Positions 1-10,726 of a stretch of DNA of 64,000 nucleotides are shown one piece after another. The position numbers and the translations under genes are program-made. The DNA is taken from assembly GCA_963733675.1 (NCBI GenBank), contig CAVTET010000004.1:176072-240071 (forward strand). The letters are read 5' to 3'. The stretch is from an uncultured Methanosarcinaceae archaeon. GTDB lineage: Archaea > Halobacteriota > Methanosarcinia > Methanosarcinales > Methanosarcinaceae. The stretch's first letter is position 1, and each line of letters starts with the position of its first letter. The notes beneath the pieces are model-generated. The model ran no database searches. It was given only the letters and a program-made list of their open reading frames with translations, and was not told the origin of the DNA.

Positions 1-1
1 T

Positions 2-142
2 TTCGATGGAGGTGATATTGGAATTTTAGCTTTTAAAGGTTGGAGAATATCTGAAAAATGTTATGCCTTTGCATGTGAATCAACAAGTGATTTATTAAAT
101 TTTTATTTATTGCTCCTTCCATATAGCATCTACGTTTTATAA
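2..142 (+). CDS. 3' end of an ORF entering from upstream of the window (46 codons plus stop); product unknown
   Basis: Frame 2 is open from base 2 to TAA at 140-142 (FDGGDIGILAFKGWRISEKCYAFACES...). Too short to identify. Confidence 0.2.
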   Translation, partial: FDGGDIGILAFKGWRISEKCYAFACESTSDLLNFYLLLLPYSIYVL

Positions 143-996
143 TTGGAAATAAATGAAATCTGAAAACATTTTGTTCCTAAAAAGAAAAATAAAATAGATT
201 CAAAATTAATTTCGCAACTTACACTTAATAATATAACCCAGCTATCAAAAGTTTTTGCAAAATATCATAGCATATTTCGTTCATGCATTTGGCTTCACGA
301 AAAACAGGACGAAAAAATGGCATGTATAATAACTGAAGCTCATACTATTCTTTCCTCTGAAATGTTTAATCGAAACGGTGTGCTTATAGATATTTTTGGG
401 AAAAACGATATCTTAGTCGGTAAGGAATTTATTTAGGGAAGACAGTCAATTAAGATGATAAAAAACCTTTCACCAAATGTTCGTAAAAGAAATGTTTAGA
501 TAAGAGAAATTTTGAGGCCATAAAAAAATCTCAAAATGCGGTAGTAGGCTTTAGAAGTATCTATTGCGTCAAAATAAAAATAGAATAATTGGTAGGCTAA
601 ATATTTAAGATCATTTTATACAGTTAAGACTGATTACAGTTACTGAAAACCGAAACAAATTTAATTTAGACAATTCCAAAAGATGTTCAAAAGTCTCATA
701 TTCAAACTTCTGACTTAAAAAGAAGCTTATTAGTTATTTAGCTACCCAAAATCAGTCTAGTAATATTTCATTTAGTTTAAAAAATGTGCAATTGTCAATC
801 CATTCAAAAATATAAAACAAAATCAATAATCAACAATTAAAGAGACTGATTTTGAAAACACTTGGCCATAATAAGTTAAATAAGATGGATAATAATGCTT
901 TTTCTCAAGCTGAATAATTAAGAAGTATATTTTATTTCATTTTAATTATCACAAAAATTTAATAAATCAAGTAAGCATACTTAATATAGATACTTT

Positions 997-1093
997 ATTA
1001 TTTTCTGGGCTTTCGATTGATTAGAGTCATTTAATTTTGGAAATAATTATCATTTTCGATTATCCCAGAAGATACTAAAAGTCTCTAAATTAA
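997..1093 (+). repeat. R3 repeat family, copy a
   Basis: ATTATTTTCTGGGCTTTCGATTGATTAGAGTCA...TCCCAGAAGATACTAAAAGTCTCTAAATTAAG. Confidence 0.7.
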
Positions 1094-1713
1094 GACAAAT
1101 TCGCAATCCAATTTAATCCGTTTAATGTGGATATTGGATTGATATAGAGGAGGGACAGAAGAGAGAGATTACTAACACTAAGAATTGGCTAGTTGGTGCT
1201 CAAAGATTTATATATTACAAATTAGGCATCAAAAAAGTATAATTTGCTAGCTATGAAAGGATCAGAGGGTCCTTATTTAAGTCCCAGCGAAAAAGGGAAT
1301 TGTCAAAAGCAATTTAAATAAGACCTTAAAAATGGGAATCCTTTGAAGATTAACTAGATTCTTGAAAATGAGATTGAAATCTAAAATAAAAGAATTTTTT
1401 TCCAAAGCTGAAAGCTGATTGAGGAGTTGAATCTATGACAGAAAAAAAGAAGGAAGAACCAAAGAAAGAAGAAGAAACTAAAGTAGAGCCCATACACCCC
1501 TCTGAAAAAGAAAGGGGCGGTAAAAAGAAGGGGCTTCTAGATACTTGTAAGTGAATAAGCTCCTATTTAGTAGTGGGGATGAGTATGTAATCAACTCAGA
1601 AAAAAATGAGCTCGCCCTTGTTTGGAAAATATACAGAGACTCATATGCGTATAGTATTCAGCAACTCACCTCACAATCTGAAAGTCAAACCGAATATTTA
1701 TGATTTAAAATAC

Positions 1714-1804
1714 AGAGGATTTCGAAAAACCCCTAAATTTCATCATATGCTTACAAATAGTATATGGATGACTCATGAAAATCGGAGGTTTCTCAAAATC
1801 CTCT
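1714..1804 (-). repeat. M1 palindromic MITE-like repeat, copy 1
   Basis: AGAGGATTTCGAAAAACCCC...GGAGGTTTCTCAAAATCCTCT. Coordinates +/-3 bp. Confidence 0.85.
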
Positions 1805-2214
1805 ACAATAAACTAATGAATCAATTTTTTTTGAAAATAAATTTGTGGTAATTCTGGAAGAAATCTTTTCTTTCTCCCGAAGTCATATAAGAGAAAGCAG
1901 TTAGCACATCCTCTCTCCAAAAAAAGAGCTTAAAAGTATTTCTTTACTCTGCTAAGGTAAATCTACTCTTTTTAAGGTTTCAGCTGAGTAATTGCATAAG
2001 AGTTGGTTATTGAGTTAGGAAAGAAATTTGACTTTCTCTAACGCAACTTTTCAAAATCTCCCTGATATAAATGAAGATTTTTATAAAAAATAACTAGCCT
2101 ATAGCATTAAATTTCGGTGTCTTAGAAGGATAGGAGTATGAGTTTGTCTGAAGCAAGCATCAATACTCTGTTCCTAATATTATGTGAATATCTATGGACA
2201 ATCCCACTTCCTGT

Positions 2215-2290
2215 AGATGTCACAAGAATTCCACTTATTTTCTCAATATGACAGTAGATTAAAAATTGATTTAACTTTGCAAATATTTCA
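2215..2290 (+). repeat. R2 repeat family, copy a (partial)
   Basis: AAGAATTCCACTTATTTTCTCAATATGACAGTAGATTAAAAATTGATTTAACTTTGCAA. Confidence 0.6.
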
Positions 2291-3091
2291 CTTCGGAAAA
2301 ACAGTGTCATTGACCATTTTTACTAAGATTCAATGAGTCGATTTCAGTGAGCTGATTTTAAATAACTATAGTCTATTGATTATGTTTTCTTTCCCCATCA
2401 ATTAATACTCAGAAGTGCCTATTGCATCAAAATAGATACAACAAACTTATTTTAGGTAGGCTATAATAGTATGATATTTGATTGGCAAAGTTGTTTATTT
2501 GATCCACTTTTTTATTTGTTGCAAAAAAGATGTATTTTTGCACTGATCCAACATTGCAACAATATTGAAAATTGGTTCGCCATCCTCAAACTTATATTCA
2601 CATACATTAAAAGTATTTTCAGTTACCTCAATGTGCTTTTCAAGAATTCCTTAATCCTATTTTTGGATTTAGCTTCGATTACATATTCTAGCCTTCCCTC
2701 ATCTTTTTTTGAGAGAACTCTCTGTCAAAAAATATCTATCCATATATAAAGGTTTCCAGCTTTACTCTCATTATTTCAATCCTTTAAAATAGGCATTTTC
2801 CGAAGGGGGCAAGTATTCTTTGCCTAAATAATTTAATACTTATGGAATGCTTAGAGTCACTAATCCAACGGCCTTTGTTAAGGGCTGAAGGGACCCCTTG
2901 AATCTTTTTATTTTTGTTTAACCCTCAAAATCATCGGCTTATTTGTAAAATGAGTTTATTTTTGTCACCATGTCAGAAGTGGTTTCAAATACCTCTAACC
3001 AGTAGTGATACACATTGAAATTAAAAAACTTTATCATAGCTACAGTCAGATCACCTATAACATAGCATTGGTGCCTAACTGTCGATACAAT

Positions 3092-3181
3092 ATAGAAAAT
3101 TTTGATAAACTTCGATTTTAACGAGTCATATATATACAAATTCTAAGAATAGGACAAAATTAATGGTTTCTCGAAATCCTC
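3092..3181 (+). repeat. M1 repeat, copy 2 (abuts IS200-like relic A)
   Basis: ATAGAAAATTTTGATAAAC...GGTTTCTCGAAATCCTC. Confidence 0.85.
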
Positions 3182-3665
3182 GAGATATCATATTGTTTTT
3201 TTTGCATGAATTATCGTGAAAAACTTCATTTAGGCAATGATATAATCAACGATTTTGAAATATATTCGCTTTAAAATGGTAAGAGATATCTTTTTGAGTT
3301 CGATGTAATCTCTACTGATGATGATCATTTACATCTTTTCATTGGTGCTGAACTAAAAGATTCTCTTTCAATAGTGATGCAGATTATAAAAAGTACCATA
3401 GCAAGAAAAGTTGTTAAAGAATACTATGAGATTAAAAAGCAGTTGTATTTGATAGGCTTTGGAGCGATTGATGTCACATTGAAACCGTAAGTGATGCTAT
3501 AACTTCAGATGTACCTAAAAATGACGTTCAAAACTAGGGCAAGCAGAAAGAAAAAGAAGTATATTAAGTAAATGAGAATATTTTATTTTGAATAATTTCC
3601 ACATATCCAGAGCAAGTGAGCTACTAAATCCATTGCTTGCAACGGAGCCGGATACCGAAATTTGA
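3182..3665 (+). pseudogene. IS200-like element relic A: Y1 (HUH) transposase TnpA pseudogene plus conserved 3' end
   Basis: Frame-hopping translation gives SRYHIVFF / CMNYREKLHLGNDIINDF...FEFDVISTDDDHLHLFIGAELKDSLSIVMQIIKSTIARK, with stops and shifts. It ends at TTTTGAATAAT, followed by the CCAGAGCAAG...TTGCTTGCAACGGAGCC motif. Confidence 0.75.
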
Positions 3666-3740
3666 AGTAGGATTATAATATTTAGTTTATGTAACTTACT
3701 GGGAAAAGTTGAAAATAATCCATTGTTTATAAAAAATTAA

Positions 3741-4373
3741 TTATGTAATATCCTCTTCGTCCCCTGCATCAAATTCCTTGTAACTGTCGCTTCCTACCAT
3801 TGCGGCCGAGATAGAATCAATGCCATCAAGCCATTCCGCAACAATACCATAAGGAAGTTCAGCCATAACATTTTCGGGCAAGCTTTTCCCTTTGAGCACA
3901 AGTGCACCACATTGTGCAGTATAATCAAGAGCAAGTTCAAGGTTGTCGGAGGCTTCAGCCTCAACGGCTGCTTTTACCAGTTCCTCGATATTTGCTCCTT
4001 CTTCATAGTCACCCATAATATAACATTCAAAAGCGACAAGCGTCCCCATAAGAGAGGTCTGGATCGAGTCAATCATAAGATCGATATCTTCGGAAATTGG
4101 TTCTACCTCGGAAAGTACTATGTCCCTGATTTCCTTCAGAATTTGTAGAGCTTGTTCTCTTAAGACAATACCTTTTTCAAAGCGAGCAGTCAATTTTAGG
4201 CAAGCTAGGATAACATCATCGACCATATTCACAAATATGGCACTTTCTTTTCCGGCTTCGTCTTCCGTTTCCTTTATCTGGAAACCGCTCTCTTTTGCCC
4301 GTCCGAGCCAGTTTTCCCAGCGCTTTTGGGTGTAGAATTCATAGGGGACCTGGTTCATTTCCTGTTCAGGCAC
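3741..4373 (-). CDS. conserved hypothetical protein (acidic, helical); family not recognised with certainty
   Basis: Uninterrupted 210-aa ORF with coding-like composition in an AT-rich context. It lies in the same orientation as the adjacent UPF0179 and egsA genes. Confidence 0.6.
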   Translation of the reverse strand: MPEQEMNQVPYEFYTQKRWENWLGRAKESGFQIKETEDEAGKESAIFVNMVDDVILACLKLTARFEKGIVLREQALQILKEIRDIVLSEVEPISEDIDLMIDSIQTSLMGTLVAFECYIMGDYEEGANIEELVKAAVEAEASDNLELALDYTAQCGALVLKGKSLPENVMAELPYGIVAEWLDGIDSISAAMVGSDSYKEFDAGDEEDIT

Positions 4374-4452
4374 TTATAACACCGCTTCAACCTTTTTATT
4401 TATTATTAATAAGTAATCAATCCTACTATTACTAAAGTGTGTCCATCTACAT

Positions 4453-4902
4453 TTACCAGGCTAATTTCACTTTTTTAAGAGAATAGCCGGTTTCACACTT
4501 AGAGTCAAGGCTTTCAAGCACCTCTACAATTTTACATTTGTCTCCTCTTGAAAGTCCTTCAGGATGACATATCGCATACATGCTGCACTCCTTCTTATCG
4601 CATTTTGGAATCTCATAACCAATTTTTGCTCCGTCGACTGCTTTTCTTGATTCTATTGTAGTCAATATAGGAGCCCTGCTCACGTCCACAGCAAGTACCC
4701 CGTTATCATGCAGGAAACATTCATGGATATCGTTGCTTCTTACTCTTTCTATCCTGTACCTACGTCCAGGTTCAAGGTTAAGGCAGGTGTTCTTTAGCCG
4801 ACATTTTTTGCATTCAGGCATTTCACCTTTGAATATGAATTCCAGCCCTTCCCTTGCAAGCCGTGATCCGATAAGTGTAATTTTAGTATTGCTCTCTGTC
4901 AT
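4453..4902 (-). CDS. UPF0179-family small Cys-rich archaeal protein
   Basis: 149 aa. The N-terminus MTESNTKITLIGSRLAREG and spaced Cys pairs (CKKCRLKNTC, KCDKKEC) match my memory of the archaeal UPF0179 family. Confidence 0.65.
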   Translation of the reverse strand: MTESNTKITLIGSRLAREGLEFIFKGEMPECKKCRLKNTCLNLEPGRRYRIERVRSNDIHECFLHDNGVLAVDVSRAPILTTIESRKAVDGAKIGYEIPKCDKKECSMYAICHPEGLSRGDKCKIVEVLESLDSKCETGYSLKKVKLAW

Positions 4903-5162
4903 AATACTCTTCCATTCAATTTTTATGGCCTGTGCCAGTTTTTGAGGGATGCCTGGAGCTTATCCCTAAATAAGTAAAATCCAATTATTTGAATCGATTT
5001 GAAATGAGATATAGATTAAAAATAAATGACTATGGATTAATCTAATACACTTTAGAAGGGAATGATTTTCCTTAAGCTTTAAATAGACTATTCATCCAGC
5101 CTTAAATTAATGTATTTTAAACATACACTGATTTTCTGCTTCGATTGGATAAGAACAGCTTT

Positions 5163-6233
5163 TCAATTTATGACCTTTGTGATTCTTGCAACTTTTTCAG
5201 CAGCCGAGGGGGTCAGCCCTTTCCCGAGAATTGTGTACCGCTCAGGGCGGATCTTATGTGCATGTAACAGGGCTTCGACTATATATCTGTCTTCTATGCC
5301 CAATTCTTCTGCATTTATGGGAGCACCTATCTTTTTTAAGGCTTCCCTGATTTCCTGCCAGTTACCTCCGTGAAGGTACATCATCATGATTGTGCCGACA
5401 CCACACTGTTCTCCGTGAAGCGCTGGTTTTGGGACTATCCTATCTAGGGAATGACTGAACATATGTTCCGATCCTGATGCAGGTCTTGAAGAGCCTGCAA
5501 TACTCATTGCAACCCCGTTAGAGACCAGAGCCTTTACTACAAGCCTTGCAGAAATCTCATGCTCTGGCTTGATAGAGTCTGCAGACTCTATAATTACCCG
5601 AGCAGCCATGCGGGCGAGAGCTGCGGCATATTCTCCAAAGTACTCGTTAAGGAGTCTGCTTGCGAGTTCCCAGTCTAGAACTGCCGTATAATTTGAGATT
5701 ATATCTCCACAACCAGCTGCAAGGAAATTGAATGGAGCTGCAGAAATGATTTCAGTATCTGCAATGACCGCAATTGGAGCCTTCGCTTTTATTGAAGTAT
5801 TTTTTCCATTATCCACAATTGAGGCATGGGAAGACGCAATGCCATCGTGAGAAGCTGCAGTTGGAATACTGATGAAGGGTAGATCTAGCTTGGTTGATGC
5901 GAGTTTTGCAAGATCTATAGATCTGCCACTTCCGACTCCAAGAAGAAAATTTGCTTCTGTTTCAAGAGCTCTTTCTATAACCTTGTCAACTTCTTCCATA
6001 GTAGTTCTACAAGTTCGAACTGTCTCTGCATTGCTTCCAGTACTTCGAAGTTCATCACAAACTTTCTTGCCTGCAATGCCCCATGTAGTGCTGCCGGTTA
6101 CTATTAGTGCATTTCCTGTCAATTTCAGGTCTCTGCATACATACCCAACATCCTCAATCACCCCGTGTCCGACGAGTACATCTCTGGGAAGCTGCATTAA
6201 TTTCGAGCTATTTTTTTTGAAGGTCAATTTCAT
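5163..6233 (-). CDS. egsA: sn-glycerol-1-phosphate dehydrogenase (archaeal lipid backbone synthesis)
   Basis: 356 aa. Shows DHQS/iron-ADH-like fold motifs ([20 protein letters not shown]) and the N-terminal [17 protein letters not shown] typical of EgsA. The true start may be the internal Met at 6197. Confidence 0.88.
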   Translation of the reverse strand: MKLTFKKNSSKLMQLPRDVLVGHGVIEDVGYVCRDLKLTGNALIVTGSTTWGIAGKKVCDELRSTGSNAETVRTCRTTMEEVDKVIERALETEANFLLGVGSGRSIDLAKLASTKLDLPFISIPTAASHDGIASSHASIVDNGKNTSIKAKAPIAVIADTEIISAAPFNFLAAGCGDIISNYTAVLDWELASRLLNEYFGEYAAALARMAARVIIESADSIKPEHEISARLVVKALVSNGVAMSIAGSSRPASGSEHMFSHSLDRIVPKPALHGEQCGVGTIMMMYLHGGNWQEIREALKKIGAPINAEELGIEDRYIVEALLHAHKIRPERYTILGKGLTPSAAEKVARITKVIN

Positions 6234-6374
6234 ACCTACATCAGTATTTGATCATAATAAATGACAAATTGGGTTTTATAAGCCCGCATATATGTCATAA
6301 GTCACAAATCACGAAGATCGTTTGCTTACTGGGATGTTAATATATATCAATCTTTATTACAGGCAGCTTAATCT

Positions 6375-6465
6375 AGAGGATTTTGATAAACCTCCAATTT
6401 TCACGAATAAAATATATACAATTTATAAGATATGACAAAATTAAAGAAATCATTAAATTCGTTCT
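6375..6465 (+). repeat. M1 repeat, copy 3 (right end degenerate)
   Basis: AGAGGATTTTGATAAACCTCCAATTTTCACGA... Confidence 0.8.
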
Positions 6466-6820
6466 AAAAATTACTACTCTATACAACAGATTCTCTATTA
6501 TTAGCGGACACCTAATTTCAGGTACTTACCTTAATATGTTGATTTAATTCATCAACCGAATTCATGATTTACTTGAATCTAGTACACTATTCAAGATTAA
6601 TTTTTTCAAAATACTTTTATTCAGAATAAAATGTGGGCCATTAGTTACTGAAAACCTGGAGAGGGGGAGATGTACTTTATTTATACTTCCCTCAAATACA
6701 AGAAATATACCAGTTTTTAAAATTGATCAATAATTAAGAACATGATGCATAATTAATTTAGCTATTATTCTATAGGATTACTCCTAGATGTGTGATTTAA
6801 GACTCACAATTACATAGATT

Positions 6821-6912
6821 ATAGAAAATTTAGATAAACCCCTAGATTTTATCATATTCTTATAAACAACATATAAATGATTAGTAAAAATCAGAGGTTT
6901 ATCGAGATCCTC
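6821..6912 (-). repeat. M1 repeat, copy 4
   Basis: ATAGAAAATTTAGATAAACCCC...GAGGTTTATCGAGATCCTC. Confidence 0.85.
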
Positions 6913-7171
6913 AAATGTATTAGGATATTGCCACTTTGAATGAGTGATATATGAGTTTTTTAATAAGATAATATTAGTACCTATTATCTCGACTCGCATA
7001 AGGACTCATGAAGGATATAATCCTATAAACAAGTTTATTTGGCCAATATTATTGAGGATTGCGTATTATGGATTTTCAGGTTTGTCGAGAATCTGGAGGT
7101 GGAAATCATATCTAGCTTTATTGTTTCTGTACTGCCTTTCATATTTGGAGGCTTTTATCCCTATATTTTTA

Positions 7172-7262
7172 AGAGGACCTGATAAACTCCTAAATTTTGT
7201 CATATGTATATAAGAGACATATAAATAATTCGTGAAAGTCAGATATTTATTGAAATAATCTT
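7172..7262 (-). repeat. M1 repeat, copy 5
   Basis: AGAGGACCTGATAAACTCC...CGTGAAAGTCAGATATTTATTGAAATAATC. Confidence 0.75.
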
Positions 7263-7949
7263 AAAGATTTTCCGACAGGTATTTCTCAGCAACCATTGGC
7301 ACATATGTTTATAAATTCCACATTTACTTCATGGTCTATGCAATAACTATAGACTGCTCTAGCTCTCAATCAGCCGGAGAAAGCAAAGTTGGGAAAGGAT
7401 TTATATCTCATGTTTGTAGACATAGAACTATTATAATTTTTTTGAAGACCCTATTCTCTTGATGCACTTCTAGAGAGTTGTGGCCACTCAAATCTCCTTA
7501 TTTATACTAGGAGCACAAATAGGATTGACATCTTCCATTACCTGGTTATCTATAGTTTTCAAATCTTCGATATTTATAGCCCCTCTTTAATCTCTACATC
7601 CTGCTAGGCATAAGATGGATGATTCCTCGACGTATATAGGAGTAGATACATTAGGATACTATGAAAAAGATGTAGTAACTCAATACTTCATCCAGTTAAC
7701 TGACACAGTATTGGTTATGTATCCATTGAAGTTTATTATCCGCATAGAAATTTTTTATTTGATTGACGTTCACTTTGAAGATAATAGTAATATTCACCCA
7801 TGAAAACGTTAATCATAATGATTTTTTTTATCCGTGGGTTTTCTCCTTCGACCCGGAATGAAATCAGAATGATACTGGGAATCTGATATTAAATTGGATA
7901 TACTGATACATGTGTTTTAATTTAAGATTAAAAGATACAAATATTTCTG

Positions 7950-8705
7950 GTGAGAATAAGTATGGGAAGAGAAGAAGATTATGGCATGCGTAGTGAAGGG
8001 GAAGTAGTACAAATCGAAACCCTGGACGAAAGGATGGAAAATAGAAGATATGTTGGGGAAAAAAAAGATTCTTATACCGCTAAAACGGAAGCAAATACCT
8101 TTCAAGTTGGCAGAAACAACTCAAAAAAAGACGAGTTTATTGGATACATGACCATGCTATGGCCGTATCTGGTTATTATAATCGTTGTATTTTTCGGATC
8201 TTTACTCATGGGTTATGCTTCAGCAGCAAGTTTCCCTCATATGGCCGATAACCTGATGAAAGAGTTTAGTTCTCGCTTCGCGCCACTCCTGACACTGAGC
8301 CCCATCTACATATTGATCACGATCTTCCTTAATAATACCTTTGTGAGCCTAGTTTCCCTGATACTCGGGATAGCTGTAGGAATTTTCCCCATACTATTTA
8401 TCGCTTCAAATGGATATTTTGTTGGAATGATCTCGTACCTGGTAGGTCAGCAAAAGGGCTTTGTCTTTATTCTCCTTGCTCTTCTCCCTCACGGAGTAGT
8501 AGAGCTGCCTACGGTCTTCCTATCTGCAAGCATAGGGCTTCGGCTTGGGCACCATGTGTTTCTCTCTCTTATAGGCAGACCGACCGAGGTCAGAGAGGAA
8601 ATTAAGAACGGGCTCAAGTTCTATTTCAGCTTGATCATGCCCTTCCTTTTCATTGCAGCAATTATTGAAACTTTTATTACGCCTCGCATCCTAAGTATTA
8701 TTTAA
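7950..8705 (+). CDS. SpoIIM-like (DUF95) integral membrane protein
   Basis: The C-terminal ~185 aa form 5-6 hydrophobic helices with the LPHGVVELP motif typical of the stage II sporulation protein M family. The first ~66 codons are hydrophilic, so the real start may be Met at 8148. Confidence 0.6.
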   Translation: MRISMGREEDYGMRSEGEVVQIETLDERMENRRYVGEKKDSYTAKTEANTFQVGRNNSKKDEFIGYMTMLWPYLVIIIVVFFGSLLMGYASAASFPHMADNLMKEFSSRFAPLLTLSPIYILITIFLNNTFVSLVSLILGIAVGIFPILFIASNGYFVGMISYLVGQQKGFVFILLALLPHGVVELPTVFLSASIGLRLGHHVFLSLIGRPTEVREEIKNGLKFYFSLIMPFLFIAAIIETFITPRILSII

Positions 8706-9096
8706 AGAGCCTTGAAGGGTATGGATATCACTGGAAAGGATCAGAGTATTTATTCTGGCCTACCCCCTATTATATAAATGATTACTGCTATTAGAAAGAG
8801 TTTTAATGGGTAAAGCTGTAAGGGAATTTTCATGAGTTATTGATAAAATCTGGAAAACGAGTATAAATATAATCCTATTGAAAAAATATCTAGAGTGTCT
8901 TATGGTTTGTGATTTTTTACAATTCACAGATACTATCAGCTGTTAATTGAAAATAAATCTCTTCGAACTTCTATTTGATAAACTTCGCAGTAATTACTAG
9001 AATATGCAAGTCGAGAAATTTCCACTAGAGTATTAAGTTTGAGAAATGCTCATCATCATCCATTGGAAGAAATTTCCAAAGCTGAGGATTAGATAC

Positions 9097-10260
9097 ATGA
9101 TTGACAGGAAAGAGATTAAGGAAATTGTTGAAGGTTACTATACATATGCTGATAAGATAAAAATAGGAACTATAGCATCTCACTCAGGACTCGATATCTG
9201 CGACGGGGCAATTGAAGAGGAATTCAGAACTCTTGAAGTATGCCAAGCTGGTAGGGAAAAGACCTACAGCAAATATTTTAGATCCCAGAGAGACTCTCAT
9301 GGGAAATTAAAACGGGGAATCATTGACGAGACAATTGTTTTTAATAAGTATGATGAGATCCTTCTGCCCGAAAACCAAAAAAAACTGGTTGAAGAGAATG
9401 TACTCTTTGTTCCCAACAGATCTTTCACCTCTTACTGTAATATAGATGAGATAGAGGAGAACTTCAGGGTACCTCTTGTAGGAAGCCGAAATCTCCTTCG
9501 GAGCGAAGAACGTAATGAGCTGCGTAGTTATTACTGGATTCTGGAAAAAGCAGGTTTACCCTTCCCAGAAAAAATAGAGTCACCTAAGGATATTAACGAA
9601 TTGGTAATAGTTAAGCTTCCACATGCAGTAAAAACACAGGAAAGAGGGTTTTTTACTGCTTCAAACTACGAGGAATACCTGGATAAATCCAAAACCCTCC
9701 TTAAGCAGGGGATCATTAAACGGGAAGCACTTGAAAAAGCCAGAATAGAGCGGTATATCATAGGCCCTGTATTTAACCTTGACTTTTTTTACTCTCCAAT
9801 AGAGCCTGAAATGAGCAATCTGGAACTTCTTGGCGTTGACTGGCGCTTTGAGACAAGCCTTGACGGACATGTAAGGCTTCCTGCCCCGCAACAAATTTCC
9901 CTAGTCAAACATCAGCTAACTCCTGAATACACGGTATGCGGGCACAACTCTGCAACACTTCGGGAGTCTCTTCTCGAAAAAGTGTTTGAAATGGGAGAAA
10001 AGTATGTAATGGCTACCCAGGAACATTATGCTCCAGGAATTATAGGACCTTTCTGTCTGCAAACCTGTGTGGACAAGGACCTGAATTTCTATATTTACGA
10101 TGTAGCCCCAAGAGTGGGAGGTGGAACAAATGTGCACATGTCAGTTGGGCATTCTTACGGTAACTCACTCTGGAGGAGACCAATGAGTACGGGAAGAAGA
10201 TTAGCCTTTGAGATCAGGCGTGCTCTGGAACTCGAGAAACTCGAAATGATAGTCACATAA
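9097..10260 (+). CDS. purP: 5-formaminoimidazole-4-carboxamide ribonucleotide (FAICAR) synthetase PurP, ATP-grasp
   Basis: Aligns by eye along its length with archaeal PurP (IGTIASHSGLDI, VGSRNLLRSEER, ERYIIGPVFNLDFFYSP, GPFCLQ, RVGGGTN). The start is moved to ATG 9097, which follows GAGGA at 9085. Confidence 0.88.
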   Translation: MIDRKEIKEIVEGYYTYADKIKIGTIASHSGLDICDGAIEEEFRTLEVCQAGREKTYSKYFRSQRDSHGKLKRGIIDETIVFNKYDEILLPENQKKLVEENVLFVPNRSFTSYCNIDEIEENFRVPLVGSRNLLRSEERNELRSYYWILEKAGLPFPEKIESPKDINELVIVKLPHAVKTQERGFFTASNYEEYLDKSKTLLKQGIIKREALEKARIERYIIGPVFNLDFFYSPIEPEMSNLELLGVDWRFETSLDGHVRLPAPQQISLVKHQLTPEYTVCGHNSATLRESLLEKVFEMGEKYVMATQEHYAPGIIGPFCLQTCVDKDLNFYIYDVAPRVGGGTNVHMSVGHSYGNSLWRRPMSTGRRLAFEIRRALELEKLEMIVT

Positions 10261-10494
10261 ATATATAAAGGCTTTCCGGCATTAGTAGATATATAATTAT
10301 GCAGCATATTATAAACTTTAGAATTATCGTCTGAATCTGCAAAATTCATGTCGCGAAAAAAATATAATGAAATAACTTGCCCGAATTTTCGATTATGAAA
10401 ATTCAGAATCTACCCACGGATCAGAAATGGATTCCAAGTTAATTTTTAAGCCAACATCCAGCGAAAATCCCGGTTTAAAATACAATTATACTAT

Positions 10495-10584
10495 ATAGGA
10501 TTTTGATAACCCTCTGAGTTTCACGAGTTATTTATTTACCATTTGTGATCAATGACCAAATTCAGGGGTTTATCTAAATTCTCT
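10495..10584 (+). repeat. M1 repeat, copy 6
   Basis: ATAGGATTTTGATAACCCTCTGAGTTTCACGAG...GGGGTTTATCTAAATTCTCT. Confidence 0.85.
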
Positions 10585-10726
10585 ATAAATTGCAGGCCAG
10601 ATGAGTTTAGATTTGGGATTTGCGGACCCTCTTAAAAAAACAATGTAAAATTCTTATGGCACATATTTCAGATCAAATACCTGTCTTATATCGGATTAGC
10701 TTCATTTTACTGGAGGAAATTACAAC

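Noticed and set aside
1606-1851. 81-aa ORF. Similar intergenic ORFs occur at 6784-6999, 6944-7213, 2122-2310, 2939-3139 and 7615-7803.
   Set aside because: They overlap M1 or R2 repeat copies or AT-rich debris. They have Ile/Phe/Asn/Lys-rich composition and no motifs.
2471-2749. 92-aa plus-strand ORF. A more protein-like reading exists on the opposite strand (MDRYFLTESSLKK / DEGRLEYVIEAKSKNRIKEFLKSTL / EVTENTFNVCEYKFEDGEPIFNIVAMLDQC...).
   Set aside because: The minus-strand reading needs two frame changes and I cannot assign it to a family. It is probably another small decayed gene and is not reported as a feature.
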